Both the position numbers and the translations under genes were made by a program. A stretch of 64,000 nt of DNA from Haliotis rufescens (taxonomy: Eukaryota): contig NW_025963902.1 in NCBI RefSeq assembly GCF_023055435.1, positions 3,968,001-4,032,000 on the forward strand, written 5' to 3'. The notes beneath the pieces are model-generated. The model was not told the DNA's origin. It saw only the letters and a program-made list of their open reading frames with translations, and did not search any database. Positions 13,256-26,071 of the stretch are shown piece by piece (positions within the stretch are counted from its first letter, which is position 1; each line of letters starts with the position of its first letter).

Positions 13256-14089
13256 GGTCATACCAAAGACATTGGTTTCAGGCCAACAGACATAATGGAA
13301 TATATGATACCCAAGAGGCCGAGTGTGCAGTTAAATATTGGTTCAGTTTAAGTTACGTATTGCTTGTAATATCCAGGTGTGATTTATGAATAAGAAGAAT
13401 GTTAATAACAAAAATAATACAATATTGGAATTCTTACAATTGATGTTTCGCACAAGACAAGGTTAGACTGCTGACACAGAGGCTTGGGCGATAGTTGTTG
13501 CAGGCAGATCGAAGACCGTTGTCATGCATCTTTAGGTTATTTGAAAGGAACTAGCCATGTAGAATGTCACTATACTTTGAGGATTTACGTGGTCAGTGAC
13601 GAACATAATTAAAAATCCTTCGACACTTCGACACTGACACCGCATATAACCTCGCGGTTGAACCGACGTAGAGTGTATCACGCGAGTTTATCTTTGGATG
13701 GTACATTTTCTCTGTATTGTGGAATAAACGTATTTAGAAAGCATTGGTGTGGTAAATGTTCTGTATTAGGAACAAACATTGCATGTAGAAAGCCTCGGCG
13801 ATACGTAATGTGTCATAATCTCTCTATCATGTAATGCCACTCTTGAAATCTCTCACCGAATTTTCATCTCTTACAAACGGTACCTAAACATTCAAAGTTT
13901 TCCTTCAATGTGCACATTAATTTTAGCTGACGGACAAATGAAACTATACCAAACACAATATCGCATTTTCTTCTAAGACAACAAAGTGATTCAAAATAAA
14001 ATAATTTCAAGTTGAAGGCAAATTATCATATGTTATGTGCACAGATATTTAGCAGATATTGTTACAGATAATGACGTCAGAACGTCGGA

Positions 14090-14770
14090 CCTCTGATGAG
14101 GGCCGCTGGAATCAGGCGCTATTCCTCAACCAGTGCCTGACAAGCCTTGTCTTGCGAGTGGAGGAACGGGTCGTTCTCTGATATGGAGATCCAGAGATGC
14201 TTGTGAGGGCACACATCCGGAGATCTTGGTGGCAACTGCAAGACATTGACGTCTTTGGCGTGCAGAAAGTTGGTCGTAATCCTTGTCATGTGCTGTCTGG
14301 CGTTGTCATTTGGAACAGGGTGTTGGGTTCACTGCAGAAAAGGCAGGGCAACGGGAAGAAGTACCTGGTCGACATCGGGTTGTGCAGTCAGATTGGCACC
14401 GAAAAATAACCAGATGTGTTTTGACGTCACCGTGTGTCCGGTTCCCCTCGTCGGCGGTGCACTCTAATGGTTCAGTAAGATCTGAAGAAAAAACACCTCT
14501 TTGCCAGTTCCTGTTCTGCCACTGACGTAGAGTGCATGCACATCTCAATCTATGGCATCGACGTTGGCGTCTTAGGACTACTATGCGCCTCAATCTCCTC
14601 CACGCTGTCCTTCTGCTGACTGGACAATCAAGGTTGGTTGGTCACCATCAAGAATATGTTCCTGATGTGCAAAACCCGAAGGTAACGGGCCTGGTACTGC
14701 CAGTTTGGCAGAAACGAGTCTTCACTCAGTAATTGTAATGCGCGCGCAGCCTAAGGTTGTTGCTCCGTGG
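14090..14770 (-). mobile_element. Decayed Tc1 transposase fragment
   Basis: Minus-strand QWQNRNWQRGVFSSD and TTNFLHAKDVNVLQLPPRSPD resemble Tc1 motifs. Confidence 0.65.
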
Positions 14771-15226
14771 CTATGGTAGCCCCCGTCTGTATCATACTGA
14801 TGGCCATTTCCATCTGCGAAGGTGATAATGTTAGCATGATTGTTCTTGGTTTTAGTAAATTCCGATGCTAGTTGTCAATGTTACAGTGGTATGATACCTT
14901 CACACCAATTGGAGATTCTGCAAGGGAATTACTTTTATTTATCGTTTAAAGGCATTTCTTTCGTATTTGAGCAGTCACATTAACTTTTTCATAAATGGCC
15001 ATTTTAGCTGCGTTTTGTGGAAATATTTCAAACTATAATGTCATATTATGCAGCGTGTTATTAAAAGTTTGGACATTTTATATTACTGTATAGTTTATTT
15101 TGCCCGTCAGTTCATCACGTCAAAATGTCAGTGATTAATCAGTCGGACTGTGGCAACAGTCAGTACAGTTCCGACTGAAACTTGACTTTTATTTTAGTAA
15201 ACTACCAGATAGGCAAAAAGGCAATT

Positions 15227-15588
15227 GGTGAGGTGTGGTGAAATTTGGTTTAACGTCGCGTCCAAGATTTTTGCACTTATATAGCAACGTGCATGCACGT
15301 GTCTGTGTGTGGCTGCTTGTGCTAGTCCGGACTGATGCCGATTTATAGTGCTATAGCTCACTGAGACACCATGCCGCAGTTTAACATGTATACCCCACTC
15401 AGACACAGTATACTAGTATACTCACTCCGAACCGACCAGTCCTTGTTTTAGCACCGTAATGCCGAACACCAGACAGGGTAACAACAAGTTCCATCTTTTA
15501 AGGTATTTTGGTATGACGCAGCCGGGGATCGAACCCGGACCTTCCGCTCTCCGGGTGGACGCTCTACCACTAAACCATGGAGGCGTTC
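15227..15588 (-). mobile_element. tRNA-derived SINE family A (Meta/MESC-domain-like)
   Basis: A/B-box head, conserved central domain and (CACCT)n tail; reverse complement of 47798-48158. Confidence 0.85.
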
Positions 15589-16324
15589 CTAATAATGGCA
15601 ATTGCCTACAGATAGTTGTTCAACTATGTCAACTATTGTCAACTATATACATTCAAGCTAGGCATTTGTCCACTTAATTACGTCCGTCCAGTTTATCGCC
15701 ACCTAGGTAACTATATTCACACATGGTGTGGCAGATTTAATTGAACACTACGATAGCGATATCAGGGATTGTAGACCCCGTTGTAACTTAGTCTGACTCT
15801 ACAATTAGACACAACTTGCTCTTACACGAGTGACAGTGTGTAGACAAGTGTAAATTGACCAAGTAGGGGGGATTATACTCCATATATAATGATATATACT
15901 AACTACAAATTACGATAACTTGCATCGTCCATGTGTATACATGAAAAAATTGAAGTTTGTTGACAAAATGCATGAAAAAACAACTATCTGGGATGATGCT
16001 CCAACGAAAATAGGTGATATGATAATCAATCCTGTAAAGTAAAAGTTGAGAGAATATTAAGATACGAATGCAATATTATGATCATTTTCCTTGAAATCGG
16101 GAACAGTTTCTCATGAGGTTTTTAATAATTCCCATATTCTCACTAGTCCGTTTGATAATGTCTAATCCAACTGTCTGCCTTGTTAAAATAAATATAATAT
16201 CTTCAATGTAAGAACACTCCTCAAAACGCAAGTGTAGTTTGTTATCGCCTGTGTCTGTGACACTGATTACTTCCACTCGGCAACATACGGTGCTCCAACA
16301 CAATAAAACATGGACGGAAATCCA

Positions 16325-18461
16325 GTGTTTAGTAGGGGGATGTCAATGTTCAGTAGGGGGGATGCCAATGTTTAGTAGGGGATGCCAATGTTAAGTAGGG
16401 GATGCCAATGTTTAGTAGGGGATGCCAATGTTTAGTAGGAGGATGTCAATGTTCAGTAGGGGGGTTGCCAATGTTTAGGAGGGGATGCCAATGTTTAGTA
16501 GGGGATGCCAATGTTTAGTAGGGGGATGCCAATGTTTAGTAGGGGGATGCCAATGTTTAGTAGGAGGATGCCAATGTTAAGTAGGGGGATGCCAATGTTA
16601 AGTAGGGGATGCCAATGTTTAGTAGGAGGATGCCAATGTTTAGTAGGGAATGCCAATGTTTAGTAGGAGGATGCCAATGTTTAGTAGGGGGATGTCAATG
16701 TTCAGTAGGGGGATGCCAATGTTTAGTAGGAGGATGCCAATGTTTAGTAGGGGGATGCCAATGTTTAGTAGGAGATGCCAATGTTTAGTAGGGGATGCCA
16801 ATGTTTAGTAGGGGGGTGCCAATGTTTAGTAGGGGATGCCAATGTTAAGTAGGGGATGCCAATGTTAAGTAGGGGATGCCAATGTTTAGTAGGGGATGCC
16901 ATTGTTTAGTAGGGGGATGCCAATGTTTAGTAGGGGATGCCAATGTTTAGTAGGGGATGCCAATGTTTAGTAGGGGGATGCCAATGTTTAGTAGGGGATG
17001 CCAATGTTTAGTAGGGGATGCCAATGTTTAGTAGGAGGATGTCAATGTTCAGTAGGGGGGTTGCCAATGTTTAGGAGGGGATGCCAATGTTTAGTAGGGG
17101 ATGCCAATGTTTAGTAGGGGGATGCCAATGTTGAGTAGGGGGATGCCAATGTTTAGTAGGAGGATGCCAATGTTAAGTAGGGGGATGCCAATGTTAAGTA
17201 GGGGATGCCAATGTTTAGTAGGAGGATGCCAATGTTTAGTAGGGAATGCCAATGTTTAGTAGGAGGATGCCAATGTTTAGTAGGGGGATGTCAATGTTCA
17301 GTAGGGGGATGCCAATGTTTAGTAGGAGGATGCCAATGTTTAGTAGGGGGATGCCAATGTTTAGTAGGAGATGCCAATGTTTAGTAGGGGATGCCAATGT
17401 TTAGTAGGGGGGTGCCAATGTTTAGTAGGGGATGCCAATGTTAAGTAGGGGATGCCAATGTTAAGTAGGGGATGCCAATGTTTAGTAGGGGATGCCATTG
17501 TTTAGTAGGGGGATGCCAATGTTTAGTAGGGGATGCCAATGTTAAGTAGGGGATGCCAATGTTTAGTAGGGGGATGCCAATGTTTAGTAGGAGGATGCCA
17601 ATGTTTAGTAGGGGGATGCCAATGTTTAGTAGGGGGATGCCAATGTTTAGTAGGGGAATGCCTGTGTTTAGTAGGGGGATGCCAATGTTTAGTAGGGGGG
17701 TGTCAATGTTCAGTAGGGGGGATGCCAATGTTTAGTAGGGGATGCCAATGTTAAGTAGGGGGATGCCAATGTTTAGTAGGGGATGCCAATGTTTAGTAGG
17801 GGGATGTCAATGTTCAGTAGGGGAGATGCCAATGTTTAGTAGGGGATGCCAATGTTTAGTAGGGGATGCCAATGTTTAGTAGGGGGATACCAATGTTTAG
17901 TAGGGGGATGCCAATGTTTAGTAGGAGGATGCCAATGTTAAGTAGGGGGATGCCAATGTTAAGTAGGGGATGCCAATGTTTAGTAGGAGGATGCCAATGT
18001 TTAGTAGGGAATGCCAATGTTTAGTAGGAGGATGCCAATGTTTAGTAAGGGGATGTCAATGTTCAGTAGGGGAATGCCAATGTTTAGTAGGAGGATGCCA
18101 TTGTTGAGTAGGGGGATGCCAATGTTAAGTAGGTGGATGCCAATGTTTAGTAGGGGGATGCCAATGTTTAGTAGGAGGATGCCAATGTTAAGTAGGTGGA
18201 TGCCAATGTTTAGTAGGAGGAAGCCAATGTTTAGTAGGGGATGCCAATGTTTAGTAGGGGGATGCCAATGTTTAGTAGGAGGATGCCAATGTTAAGTAGG
18301 GGGATGCCAATGTTTAGTAGGGGATGCCAATGTTTAGTAGGGGGATGCCAATGTTTAGTAGGGGATGCCATTGTTTAGTAGGGGATGCCAATGTTTAGTA
18401 GGGGGATGCCAATGTTAAGTAGGGGGATGCCAATGTTTAGTAGGGGATGCCAATGTTAAGT
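16325..18461. repeat. 19-20-bp G-rich minisatellite, ~110 copies
   Basis: Unit TTTAGTAGGGG(G)ATGCCAATG. Confidence 0.95.
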
Positions 18462-19020
18462 TGAAAAAAAAAATGCACATAGCAAAAAAAATGAAAATCT
18501 TGAAATATGTAAAATTTGCTTACGCAAACCATATCATCACATAGGTAGCTAGAGTCATAACTTAGCACACATCACCTAACAGAGTGAAAAGGTTATGTCA
18601 GGGAGTAGGAAGCTACTTGTATGCACTGAGGACAATTCACATACATATCACATATTTACAAACTAATACAATACATGTAGCTTTCTTATTGGTCATCTGA
18701 TTGCAAAACCACGTACAGTAATTATAAAACGTATTTGAATGTGCAAGCTCTGTTCTTATATCACAACGTCACTTAAAATATTGTTACCAGTTGATTCCCT
18801 AGCTGAAACGCGAAGGTGTGTAAAGAACTAAATTGTGAAATCATAAAATAACCACACAAAATCAATGAACAACCAACAAATCATAAATTAAGTGGCAATA
18901 CAATACCCTATTTACAAGTCTCTCCCGAATGTCGAGAATTTGTCATCGTTGAATGTCTTGAGCGTGGCACTTGCTTCGTTCTTAAATCCAGTGTCGGTCA
19001 GACAGGTTTCCTGCCTCTTA

Positions 19021-19225
19021 GGTTGGTTGGTTGGTTGTTTTACGCCGCTCTCAGCAATATTCCAGCTATATGACGGCGGTCTGTAAATAATCGAGTCTGG
19101 ACCAGACTATCTAGTGATTGATATCATGAGCATCGATCCATGGGATCGATGACATGTTTCAACCAAGCCAACGAATCTGACCACCTCTTACGACAAGCAT
19201 AGTCGCCTTTACGGCAAGCATGGGT
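19021..19225 (-). mobile_element. SINE family C
   Basis: Reverse complement of 23679-23926, with an (AACC)n tail. Confidence 0.75.
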
Positions 19226-22200
19226 TGCTGGTGTGGTGTCCTGCAAGTAGATATGTCGTAAGTCAAGTCATAGAAGGCCTCCTGTCACTTTTGTCTGGCT
19301 CTTTTATAGGTACCACTAGCCTTCTAGCAACAGTAACATCAGGAATCGCCTCGAACAATGTAGTCAGTCCCGGATGTGAATCGACAGTGGAGCACTCTAT
19401 ACCGGGAGGGTAACAAAGGTGTGAAGCCATGGGACGGAGTTTGGACAATGCACAACTAAGGTCACTGCATTTTAAGAGCTGTTGTGGGCTTGCCACGACA
19501 TGAAAACCTAGCCACAAAAGCTAATGCCGTACTATGACGGCAGGGCGGGCCAACTTAGGAATGTGTGTATTGCCTCTTAACACATAATCGCAATGGTACA
19601 TGAACTGTTACATGTTCTTAACTCTGATTAATTGGTTTATGTTTTCCCTCTCTGATCATCGTTAATCTTCATCCATATGTCACAATGACGAAGTACAATC
19701 GCTAGCCAGTATCTAACCGGTCTTCAACACGTACTCCAATTTCCATTGGTTGTTTAGGTACGTAAATGGGTGTTCCAGCTGCATACAAAGTGTTCATATC
19801 TTTTCTGTTTGAGGTCTTTGAAACTAATATCACTTGTCGACGTGAGACCCAGAACAATAGCTGACTCTAGTTTAAATCCTGATAATCTAAACAGTTGTAT
19901 TGCTTGTGTCTATATCTTCACGACATGACCATTTATACAAGTTTTGACACAAAACCAGCACTTACCCACACCTTGTTGATATCTCCTACCAGACACAGCA
20001 TTAAGTTGACCACTTCTCCGACTGTCTAACATCTCTGTGATAATTCGTTGCATGATCATTGTCAGTTGAGTAAGACACGTAGGTTCTTGCCCGCCTCGCA
20101 TGTAACTCTATTGCTTTACATCTTATACCTTATATATTTTATGAGCTGATTGATTTATACCTCATCCCGTAACTTCATTTCCTGCCATGATTGTGCCTTC
20201 CATGCCAAACCCCTCGGAGCATGTGCAAAATCTTCCACCTTTTTCTGTTTCCTCAAAAGAAATTCAGGTTTAAATAATTCTGGTCGTTCCTGTACACCTG
20301 GTGTCATCACTGAGCTTCAGTTATCAGCTAACTATTTACACTGTCATGTTGCCTTTTATGCCCAATGGAAGACTGGTTATACTTTGGCGTTGACATGTTT
20401 TATTCAATATGCGCAATTCTTGAGGGGATAAACAAAATCCTGAAGAAGTTGAAACTAGGGTCAAACAGGAAAAATGAAACTGCGTCTCATCATGATCTTG
20501 TAAGCTGGATCAGGTATATAATCGTGGTGTTTTTCTCCAGATATTGAACAACACATACCAGTCAAGTTTTGAAAGATAACGAGTGGGATCGCATGCTAGT
20601 CTGGCAGTTGATGCATTGTCTTGTAAAGATTTATCATGCAAAAATTCGTTTGATGCTCCATATGAATACAATCTGAACCTTTAATCTGATGCATGTATGA
20701 ACTCGCGTCGATATATTGCAAGGATATTTCCTAACGTAGTCTATATCCCATATCTAATCACTACGTCTTCGTATGACGAAGAGTTTTAACAAAGGAGTAT
20801 AATCATGATGTTATGTTCAAATTGGCGAAAAACGCCACAATGTATATGGAATTTGTCGGATAATCGACGTTTTATATCCAGTCTGAGGTACTTTGCCGCT
20901 GTTTGAACGCATCCCCGTTTTCTTCTTGACCTAAATCATTGATTTATTTAGTGCTTGTTCCTTTTATCTCAAATGTAAAAACTTGATCTTCAACTCGACA
21001 GTCCATTCACTGCAGATCCCTCAAACTCATTCAAACAGTTTCCCCATGATTCCACTCCATTATATTGTTCAAGCATCATTGGCCTCTTCACACCAATTTC
21101 CCCATCTCCTCATACTATGTCTTCATCATGTGGCTTCCATCTGCTCATTGAACCGTTGAAAACTCTTCTATCCTATTGCTGCCATTAATGTCACGTTATC
21201 GAAATCACAATATAAGAGCTATTTCAATTGTGGCTAAATTCTCCATGGTCTCGATGCCGTAAAGTGTTACCGAATTTGGAAATACAAGAGAAAGAAAGTG
21301 GCGAAATTAAGAGATAAGGCTGAGGAATCGATCTATGATGAAACCAGTTAGGGACCAGCCTATTCTAGCGGGTAGGGCTTGGGATGTCATCGAAATAAAT
21401 AAATTGTTCCCGAAAAGTCTTGAAACAAATAAATATACTTCAGACTTTTGAAAAAAAGAGAAATTGTCTGCCACAAAAATATATTGTTCTAAGCTGCATT
21501 TCTGAAAACAACTCATGCAGACTCATAGTTTTAATTAGGAACAGTCTGGTTTGCAGCTGTAGCCGAACAAGTAACTAATCTCCACACAGAATCCGGACAC
21601 CCAAGAATATCAAATGGTCGGTTCATTTTGGATCACCCTATCATGACAATAACAACATGTGATCATGGTCTGGTACATCACTAACATATCAGAATGGAAT
21701 CTCAGGCCACACGATGGGCAAGCAAGGCTCGAGCAACAGGTCCTGTCACTGTTAAGCAAGAAGTGCATGCTTTGCAGCCTTGGGAACAAAACTTTAACGA
21801 ACATGGACTTTCCAGTTAGATGTGTATTCAGGGCATGGACTAATGTGCAGTAAAGTTGACATGAATATCAAATATCGTGCTCGGTTAATTGTATTGACTT
21901 TTGATGGTACAAGATGTGCATGTAAGTCATTCGGAGCTTTGATCATCGCATGATGTCACATGACGACTCGAAGCACGTTTGCACGTTTGGTTCTCTCTCT
22001 TGTAAGTTGTAAAAAAATCTAATATTTCATCTGACATTACATCAACACCAGCTTTTTGTGTGAAGATCAGTTATCACCCCTAATTCCCAGCTTAGGCCTA
22101 TCTCGGAAGCTTGAACACTGTTATCGATAGGTGAAGATTATAACTACTGAACTTTTAGCTATCACTACTGCCATCATATTGTGTATTTGAGACTGCCATT

Positions 22201-23557
22201 GAATATTGTACTACCACTCTATTGCATACTACCTTTGTCATTGCAGTGCAGTAATTTGTAAACCTAGTTTATTTTGTAATACATTTGTTGATTGTATACC
22301 ATTTGTTGGTTGTTTGTTGGTTCACACATAATTCTTTTATGTACAGATTTCTGGGTTGACATATTATTACAATTTTGGAATCGACACGTGAAATTTGCAT
22401 GAAAGTTATAATTGACATCCTCCAAATATTTAAAACAAATATGTCCAATAGTTCTGCGGGAGATGCGGTTGGGGTAAGATTGCACATGTGTGTGATGGCG
22501 GGCATTCTGAATGCTTGGAACTCAATAGAATAGAATCTCTAATAAATAGAATAGAGGGTATGAGAGTTGTTTCAAGAATGAAATCTCTTTACAGTGAGGA
22601 TGTGGAAGACATATTGGACATTCAACTGATTTCACTCCCTCTAATAAAAGGAGAGTACACTTTACAATTCAGATTCATAAGCACATACTTATGAATCACT
22701 ATGAAACGATACATCATTACGTTTTCTAAATAAATCTGCTTTGCCAGTGACATGCAGAACATATTATGGGAATGTAGTATTTATATAAGCTGTAGTTTGG
22801 AAAAGAACGACTTGTAAGTTCGAAGCTAATGGGCGGATAGAAGACAAAGTTCACTTTGACGTTAGGGAATTAATTTATAATTAGAAGACACGAACGAGGA
22901 ATTATGTGTGTTCATCATACTCGTAGTATTAGCGTTGTAAATCACCAAGGTAGTTTTAAACTATGACATTCTAACTTTATCTGAATGTATATGTACTTAA
23001 AATATTCCGTCTTATTTCTCACAAACACCTTGATGTTGCCAAGTTTTATTAGCTACTAAATGGTAGCATAGAGGATAATGGTTTTTCGTCATGTAGCATA
23101 GAGAATCTCACCCGAGTGTCTTGTAATATCAAGTGTTGATATATTTGATGTCAAAAGACACAAGGGTGGGATTTTATTTATCATCCAACATTATTCTTCC
23201 AACTTTTTCAGTTTGTAGACAGTAATACTCAGCGTCTTAAGTGTAAAAAGTACTGCTAACACCATCAGTAGCAGAGCCATTAGTGATGTCATTTGATTGC
23301 GACGTCATGGTAACCAATGACATCACAGTGGTCTGCAAAGCATCGTGAAGCAACTTCATTGCAGCGATATCTTCAATGTAGATTTTGTTTAATGTCAGCC
23401 AAACGATATCTCCCGTGGGAGCCAGTTTTGGATGATAAAGAATTATCTTGGACTACAGACATTTTCTTTGGATGAGACACGCATGCCGCTCGTCAGTTGC
23501 TGGACCCCTAATCTTTAAATAGATTGGTTGCACTTGACATCGCCGCTCACATTCAAG

Positions 23558-24594
23558 ATGGCCTCAGATAAAAAAGATGAAATGTTTTTTGGATGGAGAG
23601 GCACAGGCACTTCCTACATATGGTAGGGCTCTCGGATCCCCCTCCCGCACCCTCGCACCCCCTCTCACACTCACAGGCGACCCGTGAAGATTCCGGGGTA
23701 GAATAGGTCTTCAGCAACCCATGCTTGCCGTAAAAGGCGACTCTGCTTGTCGTATAAGGCGACTAACGGGATCAGGTGGTCAGGCTCGCTGACTTGGTTG
23801 ATGCATGTCATCGATCCCAATTGCGTGGATCGATGCTCATGATATCAAGCACTGGATTTACAGACCGCCGTCATATAGCTGGAATATTGCTGAGTGCGGC
23901 GTTAAACAACAAACAAGCAAACAAACAAAAAAACACCCACAGGCCTGGGACCCATCCGGAACATGTCACATCTACTTTCACCAATAAACGACAGTATTAT
24001 CTTGTCTTAAAATGGGAATAAAAGCAAAATGCAATATGTTTGATGATTTGATTGTTTGTAGGTTATTATCTGTTACTTTGATTCACATCGACAAAAGCTC
24101 ACTTAAGGAAATGGTCTTTGATATTCAATAAGTGAATGAGTTATATCACGGCGTGTCAGCTTGATACAGATGGAAAGCCCGAAGTGATGCAGGTCGTAGA
24201 TGTTCACCAATTCAGTGAAACTCACGAGCAAGCCATAAACATGAGCAAGCCGACTCAAATAGCGGCAGCCGCATTTTAAATCTTTGGTTTCCGAGATAAA
24301 TCTGACATTGACAGGTAGGAACTTCGATGGGTGGATTGATGGATGGACCTATAGATAGATATGGATAAGGATGTTACCTAGCACATATACATCTCAATCT
24401 TGAACAGTGTTTGCTAGGGATCCCGACACTGGAGAGCTGGCGATCTAAGACATTCGAAAGGAAGCGGATTCCACTGATGTGCTTTATCTCCTTGTGCTGT
24501 TTTCATCTATGAGGAAGGTGTGTATTGATACAGACAAATTCACAACTGTCAAAGAAACCGATCTGAAGAACGATGACGTTATTATCTGTGCGTG
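23558..24594 (+). pseudogene. Decayed 5' sulfotransferase fragment (exon 1A plus exon 2 relic)
   Basis: ATGGCCTCAGAT (MASD) at 23558 lacks the GTAAGT donor. The exon-2 homologue at 24418-24594 has frameshifts and has lost the YPKC codons. No exon 3 occurs before the next first exon. Confidence 0.8.
23679..23926 (+). mobile_element. SINE family C
   Basis: GACCCGTGAAGA...GGTCAGGCTCGCTGACTTGGTTGA...GCTGGAATATTGCTGAGTGCGGCGTTAAAC followed by (AAAC)n; several copies in the window. Confidence 0.8.
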
Positions 24595-26071
24595 GTAGGT
24601 ACACGGTATGTCCCGCAATTAGTGAACGAATGATATTTAACGCCGCAGACTGCACCATTCCAGCTACATCCGGCTACAACAGGAGCAAATCTAAAACAGA
24701 CAAACCCCTGACTGAGAGCTCACGATGCACGCCATCCACGCCTTCTGGGAAAGATGGAAATCACACAAAGTCCTACCACCCTATTCCCATTTCAGACGGG
24801 TCTTACGAGAAGCATGATGTACTGAGGACTTTGCTCTCAGACCTCCTCACGAGGATGTCCCGAACTGATATAACTCCAGTGGTAGACGTTTACCTCTATC
24901 ACGTTTCACTGAGGCCAGGTATGGAGCTAAGGCGAATCTGTGATAGAAGCTCCGATCAGCGGATCCTGGAACGGCTAAGGGATAAAACTCATAAGAACGA
25001 GGTGCAGCCTCTTAGTTCGCAGGGCCCACCGTCCTCCAAGATTATCCTCCAAGGAATAAGTTTTAATATGCTAATACTGTAACATAACCATTATGTTCTT
25101 GTGATCTTCAAAATTAACAACATTCAGAAGGCTATGCATATGCTACTTCTGGTGTGATCCTATTATTATGCAAAGAACAGTACAAAAACGTAAATTACGG
25201 TACATAATGATAAACAATATGCATGATAATTATGAGAAATGTTTACAAAAACACAAATCACGTTTGCAGTCAGAACTGATCACATTCAACCTACTCGAGA
25301 CAATGCATCAGGAATAGTGTTGCATTTATCTTTGATTTGCTTGATATCTAAATCAAAGTCTTGCAAAGACAGGCTGTAGCGCATTAGGCGTTGGTTTTTG
25401 TTCTTCATTTAGCAAAGAGTGTTCTCACTTTGTTCAAACTTTCTTTCGCCGACGGGGAGAGTGAACCTTTCGTTTCATCTTGGGAATCAACTGGTAACAA
25501 TATGTTAAGTGTCATTGTGATATAAAAATAGATCTTGTACATTTAAACACGTTCTACACATGCTGTACGTCGTGTTGCAGTCAGATGACCAATAAGAAAA
25601 CTAAATTTCCTGTTTGAAATTAATTTGTCATGTATATCAATTGTGCTTATTGCATTCAATTATTTTCTACACATTGACACCCCCTTTACACTATCTGTTT
25701 GGTCATGTATGCCAACGAAGTTTTAAAATGATCATTAGAAATTACACTTTAAGCCAAATCTCGAGCTTTCAATTAAGCTTCAAATCTGTTTCATTGACAA
25801 CATGATTTTCACCCTAAGATGAAAAAAGGAAATACTTAAAATATTATTTCTGGATTTATTATGTCTTCATAAACACATTGATGTGGTTAAAGTTAACATA
25901 TAAATATGGAGGAAATTCGTTTTGTCAAGTGACTTTTTTATCTCGTGACCTGAGACCACTGACACAATCTTTGGATGAGACAAGCACACCTGACCTAGTG
26001 TGGCTTATCACTTACGTAACCTGGAAGCTTTCAATACATTACTGCACTGAACAACACCACTGACATTCAAC

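Noticed and set aside
17441-18295. Repetitive ORFs (MPMFSRG, GGCQCLV)
   Set aside because: Artefacts of the 19-20-bp satellite, with constant frame shifts.
19900-22130. Scattered coding-like fragments (e.g. HALNTHLTGKSMFVKVLF)
   Set aside because: Probably very old LINE or transposon debris; too decayed to classify.
24573-25082. 169-aa ORF
   Set aside because: It runs through intron-2-derived sequence and SINE remnants; the homologous segments in genes 1 and 3 are interrupted or partial.
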